A stretch of 60,678 nt of DNA from a virus (lineage: Duplodnaviria; Caudoviricetes), in the IMG/VR virus record IMGVR_UViG_3300032897_000004, positions 1 through 60,678 of that record. The stretch is one strand, 5' to 3'. A program made the translations under genes and the position numbers. The notes under the pieces are model-generated. The model was not told where the DNA came from and did not search any database. It saw only the letters and a program-made list of their open reading frames with translations. Shown piece after piece: positions 9,401 through 17,946 of the stretch (within the stretch, counting starts at the first letter, position 1; each line of letters starts with the position of its first letter).

Positions 9401-10859
9401 TTGCCACCGAGACCTTGGTGGCCGTCACAGTGGACGAACAGGTAGCGCCTACCGTGGCGTGGTCGGGTAGCCCCAGGTGGGAAACGGTGGCAGCGGCAGT
9501 CGCCGCTACCGTAGCATGGTCGGGCAAGCCGAGATGTGAGACGGTCGCCGCACAGGCCGCCGCCACGGTAGCGGTGCGCGGCATCGTGCCGGTGCGCGTC
9601 ACGGTGGACGAACAGGCAGCCGCCACCGAGCAGGTGCGGCTGTAGGTCGTGCCACCCGCCACCAGATAGACGATGGAGGTCGCCGTGACCGTGTTCGCGT
9701 TGGTCTCGGCGTTCATGTAGGCGTCGTAGCGGTCACCGTCGGTGAGCGTGACCGCCGTACGAGAACAGACCTCCGAGGCACTGTTGAAGTTCAACCCCGG
9801 CGTGACCTCGCTGGTCGCACCACCGTAGTCGTTGGTGCCCTGGTCATTGAGCTGAATGTTGACGCTATTGTTGTTGCTGATGCCCTTCGCCTGCAGATAG
9901 GTGGTCGCTAGCGTACTGTAGGAGGACTGCTGGTTATACCAGAGCTGCTGAAGCACCTCGATGGCGGCCGTGCCCGACTCCTCCTTGGCGACACGAGCCC
10001 AGACCTCGCACAGCGCGGCACTCGTAATGCGCAGATAAAGCGCGGCACGGGCGATATCACAGGTGCCGCTCGCACTCGACTCCTTGATGCCGTAGCGATA
10101 GAAGTGGCCGTCGGACAAGGAGCTAGGGTTGAAGTCGGTGTTTTGTACGGTCCACGTCGTCGCTGTGGTGCCGCTCAGCGCGCCAATGGGGGTGTTGTAG
10201 TTAGCCGTGTCGAACATCGCCGCAGTGGCCGTATAGCTCGTCGAGGAGCTGGCGATGACCGCCTCGAAGCTGGCCGCACTCGCACCCGAGAGCGTCGACC
10301 AGTTGGCCGCCACATACTGGAACCATGAGGAGTAGGTGGTCGTCCCCTCGCTGTAACTCGTAGCGGCACGCGAGTCGGCCCTGACGGTGCCGATGGCATC
10401 ACTGTTCGACGTCGTCGAGTAGGTGTAGGAGATGAGGGGAATCTGGATGCGCGTCTTGGTCGCACCGGACTGAACAATGATGATGCGTGCGCTGTAGACC
10501 TTGACCTGATTGGCACTGGCGGTGGCGGGCAGCTGGACGGCATATTGGGTAGCACCGGCCTGTGGGGTCCAAGCCACGCCGGTACGGCGACGATAGACGG
10601 TAGAGTTGCCGGTGTGGGTAAGACTCAGCCCACCGTTAGTGACCGCGGTCCATGAAGAACCGTTGTAGTACATGAGCTGCAGGGTGTAGTCCGTCGAGGA
10701 GTTGCTGTTGAAGGCGTTCGCTTCGAAGTAATAGGTCGCGCCATCGTAATCTGACGGATTGAGAATGACCTGGGTGCGCAGGAAGGTGGTGGGGCCAGTC
10801 GTCGCCGAGGCGATACCGTACTCCAGCATCTCGATAGGAACGACGAGGTTCATCGTCAT
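6405..10859 (-). CDS. Large fibre-like virion protein: conserved N-terminal domain, LamG/concanavalin-A-like domain, >30 Thr/Ala/Cys-rich 19-20 aa repeats
   Basis: LamG motifs (LQFDGGSDYV, WSFEAWFK, WHHGVATYDG, IATIRIYNRCLSAAEV); repeats TRTGTMPRTATVAAACSATV and SHLTLPDHATATATAAATV. Confidence 0.8.
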   Translation of the reverse strand: MTMNLVVPIEMLEYGIASATTGPTTFLRTQVILNPSDYDGATYYFEANAFNSNSSTDYTLQLMYYNGSSWTAVTNGGLSLTHTGNSTVYRRRTGVAWTPQAGATQYAVQLPATASANQVKVYSARIIIVQSGATKTRIQIPLISYTYSTTSNSDAIGTVRADSRAATSYSEGTTTYSSWFQYVAANWSTLSGASAASFEAVIASSSTSYTATAAMFDTANYNTPIGALSGTTATTWTVQNTDFNPSSLSDGHFYRYGIKESSASGTCDIARAALYLRITSAALCEVWARVAKEESGTAAIEVLQQLWYNQQSSYSTLATTYLQAKGISNNNSVNIQLNDQGTNDYGGATSEVTPGLNFNSASEVCSRTAVTLTDGDRYDAYMNAETNANTVTATSIVYLVAGGTTYSRTCSVAAACSSTVTRTGTMPRTATVAAACAATVSHLGLPDHATVAATAAATVSHLGLPDHATVGATCSSTVTATKVSVATTGLVAEYVAALAVNGTSQGVNSPTPTGTWYDHTGNGDTGTLQTFAYTTSSGWAGSGTTGDPYRLQFDGGSDYVSLPDLGITEGSAWSFEAWFKCTNSGTVTLVGEGDDSGTARTTLLVSGTVLGNGSVNDAGGSGVPYGTVVVTGGGWHHGVATYDGTNLYIYTDGGDQQSAAGPGGTFTSTHTYIGVRAFNGSADRYFTDGIATIRIYNRCLSAAEVAANYNAGVLAASTPSTTKSRTATAAAVCSATVTRTGTMPRTGTVAAACTTTVTRTGTMPRTATVAAACSRTVSHLTLPDHATATATAAATVTRTGTMPRTAAATATCSSTVTKAMTAPRTATVAATCSSTVTKAMTAPRTGTASAACAATVTRNAIAFSRTATVAASASATVSHLTLPGHATATATCSRTVSHLTLPDHATATATAAATVTRTGTMPRTAAATATCSSTVTKAMTAPRTATVAATCSSTVTKAMTAPRTATASAACAATVTRNAIAFSRTATVAASASATVSHLTLPSHATASAAAAVTVTRTGTKPRTAAATATCATTVTRTGTMPRTASASAVCSTTVTHTGAMPRTAAVAATCSATVSHLTLPDHATASVTAATAVVRTGTMPRTASASAVCSTTVTKTMTAPRTVAQTASASAMVSHLALPDHATASVTAATAVVRTGTMPRTAPAGAVCSATATRNPIVFARTASVVATCLAAVTGSVAGVNDRTASVAAVCSVIVTRTGTKSRTAMEVATCSATVVRTGTMPRTATATAISSAAASHLTIPVHAVAAVSAAAGVASQGNHPRSVSVLALSSTAAASAGHHPRAASVAAHLTATVSHLGLPCHAMTASAVSAAVTSGARHVTTAAALIASIATVDSKVFRNRSAVVDVVVDIATTYVVLRYNDTTGGAVVYAVCVTDTTGSAVITAILTGAVTGAAFLRTLPPLPVVTVSGIIEQESIAAKLPSATTIDIELPAPDEVKGKLPLAAESDIDGRIDPPIDAPGKR
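7854..8545. repeat. Near-identical tandem duplication, period 357 bp (119 aa), inside the fibre gene
   Basis: 7854-8188 matches 8211-8545 with only a few substitutions; a further ~180-bp-period duplication lies at ~7370-7640. Confidence 0.9.
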
Positions 10860-11494
10860 TTACCCGCACCCCCTCCCGTCCAGCCCGGCTCATCGGGGTC
10901 GTTGAGGTGACGGATATCGAGAATCCCATGGAGGCTCACGCCGGGCGGCGTGAAGAGGACACATTCCATGGAGTCGGTGGCACCCTCAAGGCCGCGGCGC
11001 AGGCGCTCGACTTCGAAGAGGGCGCAGCCAAGGCTCCAGCAACCATCGGGGGAGCCGTCGCGCCAGGGGACCATGTGAGAAACAAGGCCGGAGGCGTCGA
11101 TACGGCTGAGAAGCACTGAGAGCGTCTCTGGCGGGCAGATGACGTCTGCCTCGACAGAGACCACGTGTGTGGCACCGAGCCACTCAGCGCGCCTTAGAAT
11201 CTTCCAGAAGCACAGCTCGATGGTGTCCCAGAAGTTCGGTAGGCGGGGAACCCAGGCAGCGGGGATGCCGCTAGCGCGGATGGTGTGGACATAGTCGAGG
11301 TGTTCGACCGAGTTGTCTACCATGAAGGCGCTGCGATTGGGGTAGGTGAAAGCGTCATAGGCGTCCGCCCACGCCTGCAAGGCGTAGCGCTTACCATCAT
11401 AGGTAGGGCAGGCGACTAGAACGTAGGGCCGCTCATCTCTATTTCCTGTGTATGATGTGCAGGCGGCCGTCAAGCTGGACACTCTCCTGTGCAA
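10856..11494 (-). CDS. Glycosyltransferase-like protein (GT-A/GT2-like), copy 2; start uncertain
   Basis: VLVACPTY, MVDNS, SVEADV (DxD-like), SLGCAL; paralogue of the upstream gene. Confidence 0.7.
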   Translation of the reverse strand: MHRRVSSLTAACTSYTGNRDERPYVLVACPTYDGKRYALQAWADAYDAFTYPNRSAFMVDNSVEHLDYVHTIRASGIPAAWVPRLPNFWDTIELCFWKILRRAEWLGATHVVSVEADVICPPETLSVLLSRIDASGLVSHMVPWRDGSPDGCWSLGCALFEVERLRRGLEGATDSMECVLFTPPGVSLHGILDIRHLNDPDEPGWTGGGAGK

Positions 11495-11963
11495 GGTTCT
11501 CCATATGGGTCTCCCAGCAGCGTCGCCGCTGGTAGAGCAGTTCGGTCGGTATCAACTTGCACCCCAAGGCGAAATACCCATCAGGAGTGCCGGGGTAGGG
11601 CACCCGGTGGGCAACTATCTCGCTATGCGAAGCCTCAAGCAAAACGTCGAGCGTCTCTGGCGGACAAAGAACATCGGCCTCAATGGAGGCGATATGTGTG
11701 TAGTGGTGTTCATGAGCAAAGTCGACAATCATGCGCCATGCCAGCTCCATCGTGTCCCAGATGTAGGACATCGGTTCGACATGGTCTGCCGGGATACCAA
11801 AATAGCGCAAATGATGCAGATAGATTAGGCTCCCGGGAGTAGTGTCAACGCAGTACAACCCATAATGTGGATACGTAAATGCCCGGCAACAGCCCAACCA
11901 GTCCTCCAAACAATAGGACTTCTCGTTGTAGGTCGGGCAGGCTACCAACACGCAGGGCGTCAT
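11439..11963 (-). CDS. Glycosyltransferase-like protein (GT-A/GT2-like), copy 1
   Basis: VLVACPTY, CVDTT, SIEADV, ALGCKLI. Confidence 0.7.
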   Translation of the reverse strand: MTPCVLVACPTYNEKSYCLEDWLGCCRAFTYPHYGLYCVDTTPGSLIYLHHLRYFGIPADHVEPMSYIWDTMELAWRMIVDFAHEHHYTHIASIEADVLCPPETLDVLLEASHSEIVAHRVPYPGTPDGYFALGCKLIPTELLYQRRRCWETHMENLAQESVQLDGRLHIIHRK

Positions 11964-12208
11964 GGCGCTTTGAACGTCACCCGTCCGTTTAAAATGCCCT
12001 GTACCAGCAAGTGATAGGCGGCCCGAGCAATCAGGTCGCCTTTCGCCTCGGCCTCGTTTTCGCGACGAATCGCCTCGTTAATCCATTCCGTCTCGGCGAC
12101 CGCCTCGCGTAGGCCGACTGGAGCCACCAGTGGGGTGGCATTCTCCGGTAGCACGATGCCGCGTTTGTCGGTGAGCTTCATGTGCCGCAGGACTCCGTGA
12201 CAGGACAA
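11960..12208 (-). CDS. Hypothetical protein (start possibly 12181)
   Basis: Overlapping start/stop coupling in the operon. Confidence 0.5.
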   Translation of the reverse strand: MSCHGVLRHMKLTDKRGIVLPENATPLVAPVGLREAVAETEWINEAIRRENEAEAKGDLIARAAYHLLVQGILNGRVTFKAP

Positions 12209-12432
12209 TGCTGGGTCTCTTCAGGGGTCAGCTTCTCGCCATTGAGATGACGAATCGTATCCCGGGCAATCTGGCGAAACTCCTCGCGGTTGATGGTCAC
12301 CATCGTGCCGTCGCGCTGGACGATGTAGACATAGCGCTCGTCCACGTTGACGGTGTGTTTACGAGAACGATAGGTGGTCTTCACGACCTTGGCTGTGACC
12401 TGAATGTCACAGCCTGCCTCCACATCGGTCAT
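12178..12432 (-). CDS. Hypothetical protein
   Basis: SD aaggag before ATG, operon packing. Confidence 0.55.
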   Translation of the reverse strand: MTDVEAGCDIQVTAKVVKTTYRSRKHTVNVDERYVYIVQRDGTMVTINREEFRQIARDTIRHLNGEKLTPEETQHCPVTESCGT

Positions 12433-12441
12433 GGGTGCTCC

Positions 12442-12852
12442 TTAGCTGATGTTGATGACGATACCAGTGGTGGCCGCCATGGTCAGCGAGTCACCCACGT
12501 TGATTGTAGCACTAGACGACAGCTGACCGAAGTACAGCTGGTTACCGGCCGTGCTGGCGTCGAAGATACTCCAGCCATAGACGGCTCCCCAGTTGCCGGT
12601 CGAGCAGGGGCCGAAGGTGACGGTGCCGCTGTTGGTCGAGCCCGACGAACCTGCCGCGTTCCAGGTAATCGACTGACGGGCGTAGCCGTTCGTAGCGAGG
12701 GTCAGCTCGGTGAAGGTACCACCGTTGCCGGTGTCACCAGCGGTGGCGTTCGTGCAGAGCCCCATATAGCACGCGGCGGGCTGAGTGAACGACGTCTTAT
12801 GCAGCGAATGGTCGAGCAAATGCTCAGCCAAGTAAAGAGTAATGCCAGACAT
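12442..12852 (-). CDS. Conserved small phage virion/fibre-associated protein
   Basis: GYARQSITW...VTF...NWG...IFDASTAGN.LY motif common in phage structural clusters. Confidence 0.7.
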   Translation of the reverse strand: MSGITLYLAEHLLDHSLHKTSFTQPAACYMGLCTNATAGDTGNGGTFTELTLATNGYARQSITWNAAGSSGSTNSGTVTFGPCSTGNWGAVYGWSIFDASTAGNQLYFGQLSSSATINVGDSLTMAATTGIVINIS

Positions 12853-12918
12853 GACAATCTCCTAGATTGCTTCATGATTCCGAAGGGGGCGGCGCAAGGC
12901 CGCCCCGGACGGACTAAC

Positions 12919-14823
12919 TTAGAACAGATGATAAGAACTGCTTTGATTAGCCGTTCCCGTCCAACCACAATTGGCAAACGAGCCGTCGAAATAGCTGTCG
13001 CCACCTGTGCCATTGAATTCAAGCAAGAAGGCATCAATGTACAGGTCGATGTTCGGATGGGTAGCCCAATCAAAGTTCACACTCACCCCGGGGTCCATGT
13101 AGGCGCAGTTGGCGGGAGTCGTACCAGACCACGTAAGCGTCTGGCTACCCGGTCCCCAGAAGTTGGGTTCCGTCTGCCCATCAACTGCCAGATAATTCCA
13201 GTTACTATCCCAGAAGTCAGCGAACAGAGTAATGTCCTCGTTGTACGCTGTATAGACCGTGACCGAACAAATGAACGGCACGTTGGCCCCACAAGGAATG
13301 TAGTCCTTGAGGGTCACAAAGCCAATCCAAGGATTGCCAAAGTCGTTGGGCACAAGGCCGCCCTGGGAAATGAGCTGGTCGTTCGCAACGCCTGCATACT
13401 GACAGCGCCAACTGTAGGTGCCCGAAACGACATGACTCGTGCTCTGGCTGACTGTTGGCGTACCGTACCAGGAATAGTGCGTCACACCGCCCACCAGTTC
13501 GCTCGCCCGCTCCGTCCAGTAACCGTACGGCGTCTGACCATAGCCCTGGGAGTTGCTCCAACTGCCCTCCATCGAGGGGTTGACGATGGAGTTGATGCGC
13601 TGGTACTTGGCCAGTTTGGCGACGAGAAGCCCATGATAGGTCTGAGCAGTACCAGCCGAAGCCAGCTGGTCCAAACCATAGTAATGGCCGTCAGTCGGCT
13701 TAGACTCACCAACCGAAACAACGTTGGTGCCGTTGTAGTTGATGGCGTTGCCGACATCACTACCGGTCGTCGCAGTCGCAGATGTGCCGAGGTCGATGAG
13801 CTTCACATTGTTTTCATTGGTGGCGTCAACGCCATAGGAGGCAAGCGACCAATTCAATTTATCAGCCGACCAGTGGCTGTCCGTGTAGAGGACTTTCTCG
13901 TAGTAATAGACCGCCCTGCTCGTGCCAGACGCGCCCTGCATCACCATACGCTTCGGACAGACCACCTTTGTCAGGCCGTTTGCGTTGGAGAGCTTGAAGT
14001 AAAGGGCAGCCCGGTAGCTGTACTGCGCCGTGGCAGTGGTCGTGCCACTCGACATCAAAACAAGCTGATAGTTCACTCCGTCAGTAAAGTTACCGGAAAC
14101 GTTGAAGTTGGCCTGATAGAGAGATGGCGTAGTCGAAGTGATAGGAGTTGCCTGGGTTGAGCCGCTGATGACGCTCCCAGCAAAGGGGGCAAGACCAAAA
14201 TTGCCACCGTAGCTGGCATTCGCCGCAGCAGCAACACCCTCTAGTGCAACACCAGTAATATCGCCAATCACCCAGTCACTTGCGTTGTAGGTGAAGAAGC
14301 CGTACTTCGTGGCATCGTTCTGACCATAGGTAGTGGAATATCGCTGGTTGGTGTATTGAGCCGCGGTATTGCTGGAACTATGGCTCGTTGCGCCAAGACC
14401 CTCAAGCGGGAACTGAATGCGTGTTTTCGTGGGGTTGGTTTGGACAACAATGATACGGGCCGCATAGACATAGGTACTGCCTGCAGAAACGGTAGCAGGA
14501 ACCATGACGGCATATGTCTGTTTTCCCGAAATTGGAGTAAACGCTGCACTACGCGCAACGGTGATGTTGGGACAACTGGTCGGAAGACTAGCAACAGCAT
14601 TAGTAACGTTCGTCCACGTTCCGCTATTGTTGTACTGTAGTTGCACATCACAGGTGTGAGTGCTGTCGGTGTTCGTACCGACCACCTCGAAGTAGTAGGT
14701 CGCGCCGTCGTACTGTCCGGGGTCAAGGTACATCTGCGTACGCAGAAACGCACCCTGAGAAACAGTAGCTGACGTCAAGGCATAATCTACCATTTCGAGC
14801 GTTACTTCAAAGGAAAAACTCAT
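12919..14823 (-). CDS. Fibre-like virion protein; N-terminus paralogous to 6405-10859; C-terminal carbohydrate-binding-like domain
   Basis: FLRTQ.Y/IL.P..YDGATYYFE shared with the large fibre; C-terminal NPSMEG...YIDAFLLE...YFDGS...WTGTAN. Confidence 0.7.
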   Translation of the reverse strand: MSFSFEVTLEMVDYALTSATVSQGAFLRTQMYLDPGQYDGATYYFEVVGTNTDSTHTCDVQLQYNNSGTWTNVTNAVASLPTSCPNITVARSAAFTPISGKQTYAVMVPATVSAGSTYVYAARIIVVQTNPTKTRIQFPLEGLGATSHSSSNTAAQYTNQRYSTTYGQNDATKYGFFTYNASDWVIGDITGVALEGVAAAANASYGGNFGLAPFAGSVISGSTQATPITSTTPSLYQANFNVSGNFTDGVNYQLVLMSSGTTTATAQYSYRAALYFKLSNANGLTKVVCPKRMVMQGASGTSRAVYYYEKVLYTDSHWSADKLNWSLASYGVDATNENNVKLIDLGTSATATTGSDVGNAINYNGTNVVSVGESKPTDGHYYGLDQLASAGTAQTYHGLLVAKLAKYQRINSIVNPSMEGSWSNSQGYGQTPYGYWTERASELVGGVTHYSWYGTPTVSQSTSHVVSGTYSWRCQYAGVANDQLISQGGLVPNDFGNPWIGFVTLKDYIPCGANVPFICSVTVYTAYNEDITLFADFWDSNWNYLAVDGQTEPNFWGPGSQTLTWSGTTPANCAYMDPGVSVNFDWATHPNIDLYIDAFLLEFNGTGGDSYFDGSFANCGWTGTANQSSSYHLF

Positions 14824-14830
14824 TCTTACC

Positions 14831-15235
14831 TCATATATCGTTTGTCATCTCCCAACGCTTATCGTTGGGCCAAATCTTCATTCCGTACTTCACGTTCTTG
14901 CCGTCAAGCGTGGTCTGCCAACCAAGGACGACATAGGCCATCTCTGGCTGACCCCCGCACCCCCACTCCATGTGCTTGTAGTAGATGAGCCGCAGCGCCG
15001 CATTGGGCACGGGGTCGGGCGTATAGCGTTCATCCCCAACGAAAAATGAGCCGTCAACCAAGTCGACGGCGAAAGTGGATGTGTCGCTGAGTGTTATCTG
15101 AAAGGCGAGTGGCGTGTGATTGTAGATGAAATCAAAGCGCGCTTGTCGAATGTGGGACGGGTCCGCATCCCGGTAGGCGACAACGGACCCATCCGCCATG
15201 CTCGCCTCCGTGGACAGAATTGCATTCCTGCTCAC
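14831..15235 (-). CDS. Hypothetical protein in the structural cluster
   Basis: Open frame with SD, LRLIYYK...YVVLGWQT. Confidence 0.6.
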   Translation of the reverse strand: MSRNAILSTEASMADGSVVAYRDADPSHIRQARFDFIYNHTPLAFQITLSDTSTFAVDLVDGSFFVGDERYTPDPVPNAALRLIYYKHMEWGCGGQPEMAYVVLGWQTTLDGKNVKYGMKIWPNDKRWEMTNDI

Positions 15236-15262
15236 GATTCTTACCCTTCTGTTAGTTGACCC

Positions 15263-15751
15263 TTAAACCTCGTTCCAACCAAACCGATAGTCCATCGTGC
15301 CGATGCTGCCCGAGGAAGCCGTGGAGGCAACCACAAGCTGCAGGACGATGTAGTAGCAGTAGTTGGCGGAGTAGGTCGGGGTGAGACCAGCGCCCTGCGA
15401 CGTCGGAATACCAGTCGTGGCAATAGCCGAGGCGGTATTGACCGGAGTCGAATAGGTGGTGCTACCGACGAGGCCAGCGTTCAGCGTGACGCCGGTACCG
15501 AGGGTGCCGCTGTACTTCCAGAAGGTGATACTGCTGATTGACGTGAACGAAGACGTCCAATGCCCCTGAATCCACCGCTCATACGAGTAGGAGTTACTCG
15601 AAGGCGGGATGGCAATCGGGTTGGCGTTCGGCACGGTCGTAGTATCAGAGCCGCTGGCGATACTCGCCGAAAGCAGGTTGATATACGAGGTGTCGACACG
15701 CGTACCCGGAGAGGTACCGTAGGTCTCCGCTGCAGTAAAGCTAGAAGCCAT
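15263..15751 (-). CDS. Ser/Thr-rich putative virion protein
   Basis: ATG 15751 after SD ggaaaggt (MASSFTAAETYG...NSYSYERW...YIVLQL); the track ORF extends upstream artefactually. Confidence 0.65.
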   Translation of the reverse strand: MASSFTAAETYGTSPGTRVDTSYINLLSASIASGSDTTTVPNANPIAIPPSSNSYSYERWIQGHWTSSFTSISSITFWKYSGTLGTGVTLNAGLVGSTTYSTPVNTASAIATTGIPTSQGAGLTPTYSANYCYYIVLQLVVASTASSGSIGTMDYRFGWNEV

Positions 15752-15800
15752 CTCTACCTTTCCTTGTTGTGGGGCGGCTTGCGCCGCCCCCTTTCCAGTG

Positions 15801-16403
15801 TTACTTGAGGTCAGACGAAGTGAACTTGCACTTGAAGTCGCTCGACCCGTCCAGAGTGGTGTTAAAGGCCACGCTGGAGTTGGTGTAGTCGGGCGTCGGA
15901 GGAGTACCCTCAAGCGTGCCGCCCACGTTGCCGGTCGGAGCGGCAAAGCCGCTGACGAGCACGCGAAGCAGACCGAGCTTGCTGCCAAGGCCAATAGTGA
16001 TGTTGCCCGGGCCGCTGCGCTGAGCCATGTGAACCTTCGTGATGGTAGCGAAAATCTTGCTACCGACAACGGAAGTCGTACCATTCAGCGTCAGGTCCTC
16101 GCTGATGGCGGTCCCGAACTGGTTGGTACCGTAAACAGTCACAACGGAAGTCGCGGCAGCGTCGGCGATGACGGTGACATTGCGCGGATGCGCAGGACTG
16201 GTCAGACCAGTAGTAACATCGCTACCGCTTGAGCCAGACGGCAGAGCGGTCGTACCCAGAACAGCGGTCGCCGTGCCGAGCACGGGGGCATGCCAGACCT
16301 GGATGTATTCGGTGAAGGCCACGCGGCCCTTGGCGTCGCCAAGACCGGAGATGCGGCCAATACCACCCTTGACAAGGATGGTGCGGTTGAAGAGCTGTGC
16401 CAT
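15801..16403 (-). CDS. Putative head decoration / virion protein
   Basis: Directly after the major capsid gene; PRNVT...VTVYGTNQFG..ISE.L motif. Confidence 0.6.
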   Translation of the reverse strand: MAQLFNRTILVKGGIGRISGLGDAKGRVAFTEYIQVWHAPVLGTATAVLGTTALPSGSSGSDVTTGLTSPAHPRNVTVIADAAATSVVTVYGTNQFGTAISEDLTLNGTTSVVGSKIFATITKVHMAQRSGPGNITIGLGSKLGLLRVLVSGFAAPTGNVGGTLEGTPPTPDYTNSSVAFNTTLDGSSDFKCKFTSSDLK

Positions 16404-16430
16404 GGTGTTACCTTTCTCGTCGCTTCAGTT

Positions 16431-16457
16431 CCGGGCGGGGCATGGCACCCCGCCCGG
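16431..16457 (-). terminator. Stem-loop after the major capsid gene
   Basis: ccgggcgggg-catggca-ccccgcccgg perfect 10-bp stem. Confidence 0.6.
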
Positions 16458-16491
16458 TCTAATAGCTCCGTATCCGAGAACGGCGTCAGCC

Positions 16492-17475
16492 TTAGCTAAC
16501 GACCGTGGTGTACTGGTACAGGGTGTTGATGTCGATGGAAGCCTCGGCAGTGTAGTCAATGCACTGGATGATGTTCGCATTGCGCTGCGGCTCATAGTAA
16601 GTCGAAACGCTGAAGCGACCACCAGCAGGGCTGCCGCCCCACACGAAGGTGCGGGCCGGAGTGACACGCTTGGCCTGCAGGCTGCCACCAGCCGGGTCCA
16701 CGTACGCGATGATGGCAACCTTGCCCCACACGTCCGAGAGGGTCGTGGTGGGCTTGCCAGTCGTCGGGTCGTAGTACTCGGCCGCGGTGTTATAGAGAGC
16801 CCACGGCACGACGAGTTCGTCGATGTCGAAGACCTGGGCGAGCATCTGCTCGGTGATGTTGCGCATCGTGCCGAGCTGCACGTACTTCACACGCTCGATG
16901 ATATCGGGGTGCTGACGCAGTGCACTGAACACGGTACGACCGAGAATCAGCAGGTTCGGCTTGCGACCGACCAAGCCAAAGATGGTGTCCTTGGCCAGCT
17001 GAATGTCGTAGACCGGGTTCGAGGTGCCCGTATCCCACATGTTCCCGCCAGTCAGGGCGGAGGTATTCGTGAAGGTGCTGGTGTCCTGAATGAGGGCAGC
17101 AACACGACGCTCATAGTTGAGACGTAGAGTATCAACTGCAAGCTGAACACCCATCTGCTCCGGCTGAATAGCGGCGTCGGCGTTCGCCACTTCCTCACGG
17201 GCCACCGGCACTTCAACGCCGTAGCCGTCGCAAGAGAAGCGGTTCTTCGAGATGGTCAGGTTGATACGCGGGAAGACAGCGTTCGGAGCGCGCTTGACAT
17301 CGGGGATGTTGAACGACTCCTTACCACCGACCCAGTAGTAATCCGAGAGCTTCGGCACGATGAGCGGAGGAGCAATCTTCTCGGCGATACCCACCTGGGA
17401 GAGGTCCTGGCCGTACGCAACAGCGAAATCGCTAAGGGCTTGGTCGATGTGGACCTCAGAAACGAGGAAAGACAT
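16492..17475 (-). CDS. Major capsid protein (HK97 fold)
   Basis: HIDQALSDFAVAY, ERRVAALI, NPVYDI...KPNLLILG..VFSALRQHP; position after the scaffold. Confidence 0.9.
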   Translation of the reverse strand: MSFLVSEVHIDQALSDFAVAYGQDLSQVGIAEKIAPPLIVPKLSDYYWVGGKESFNIPDVKRAPNAVFPRINLTISKNRFSCDGYGVEVPVAREEVANADAAIQPEQMGVQLAVDTLRLNYERRVAALIQDTSTFTNTSALTGGNMWDTGTSNPVYDIQLAKDTIFGLVGRKPNLLILGRTVFSALRQHPDIIERVKYVQLGTMRNITEQMLAQVFDIDELVVPWALYNTAAEYYDPTTGKPTTTLSDVWGKVAIIAYVDPAGGSLQAKRVTPARTFVWGGSPAGGRFSVSTYYEPQRNANIIQCIDYTAEASIDINTLYQYTTVVS

Positions 17476-17498
17476 TTAGGAGTTCACCTCCCTTTCAA

Positions 17499-17906
17499 TT
17501 ACGAATGGCTCAACGTGCTGGGAAGCACGAAGATTTCGATGACGTTGTTGGCGCTGGCGGTCTGCGCCTCAAGGGCGATACCGACAACGTTGTTCTTATC
17601 GGTCGCAGACTTGACAAGAGCATTGCTCTGGGCAGTCGCACCGGCCTTGAGGAAGTCCCGCACGGCGACAGCGGTGCCACCGTTGACCGCGGCCTTGGAA
17701 ACACCAAAGACACGAACGACGGCCCACTCGCCACTCACCGGCTTGTTCTGCAGAATGCCGAGCACGACGTCGTTGCCGCTGCCGCTGAGGGCCTTGCAAG
17801 TCCCGGCTGCGGAATCCGCCATCACCGGGAAGTACAGAAGACTGGACAGGTCGGCAGTAGCCTTGAACGTCATGTCAACTGCAAACTGCGAATGAGCTTC
17901 AGACAT
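17499..17906 (-). CDS. Capsid cement/decoration protein (DUF2190-like), copy 2
   Basis: VLGILQNKP..GE.AVVRVFGVSK...VVGIALEA. Confidence 0.75.
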   Translation of the reverse strand: MSEAHSQFAVDMTFKATADLSSLLYFPVMADSAAGTCKALSGSGNDVVLGILQNKPVSGEWAVVRVFGVSKAAVNGGTAVAVRDFLKAGATAQSNALVKSATDKNNVVGIALEAQTASANNVIEIFVLPSTLSHS

Positions 17907-17946
17907 ATCGAATTTTCACTCCCTTCAACAGGAGAACGTAGGTGGA

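Noticed and set aside
12208-14160. 650-aa plus-strand ORF
   Set aside because: Antisense shadow of real minus-strand structural genes; no motifs
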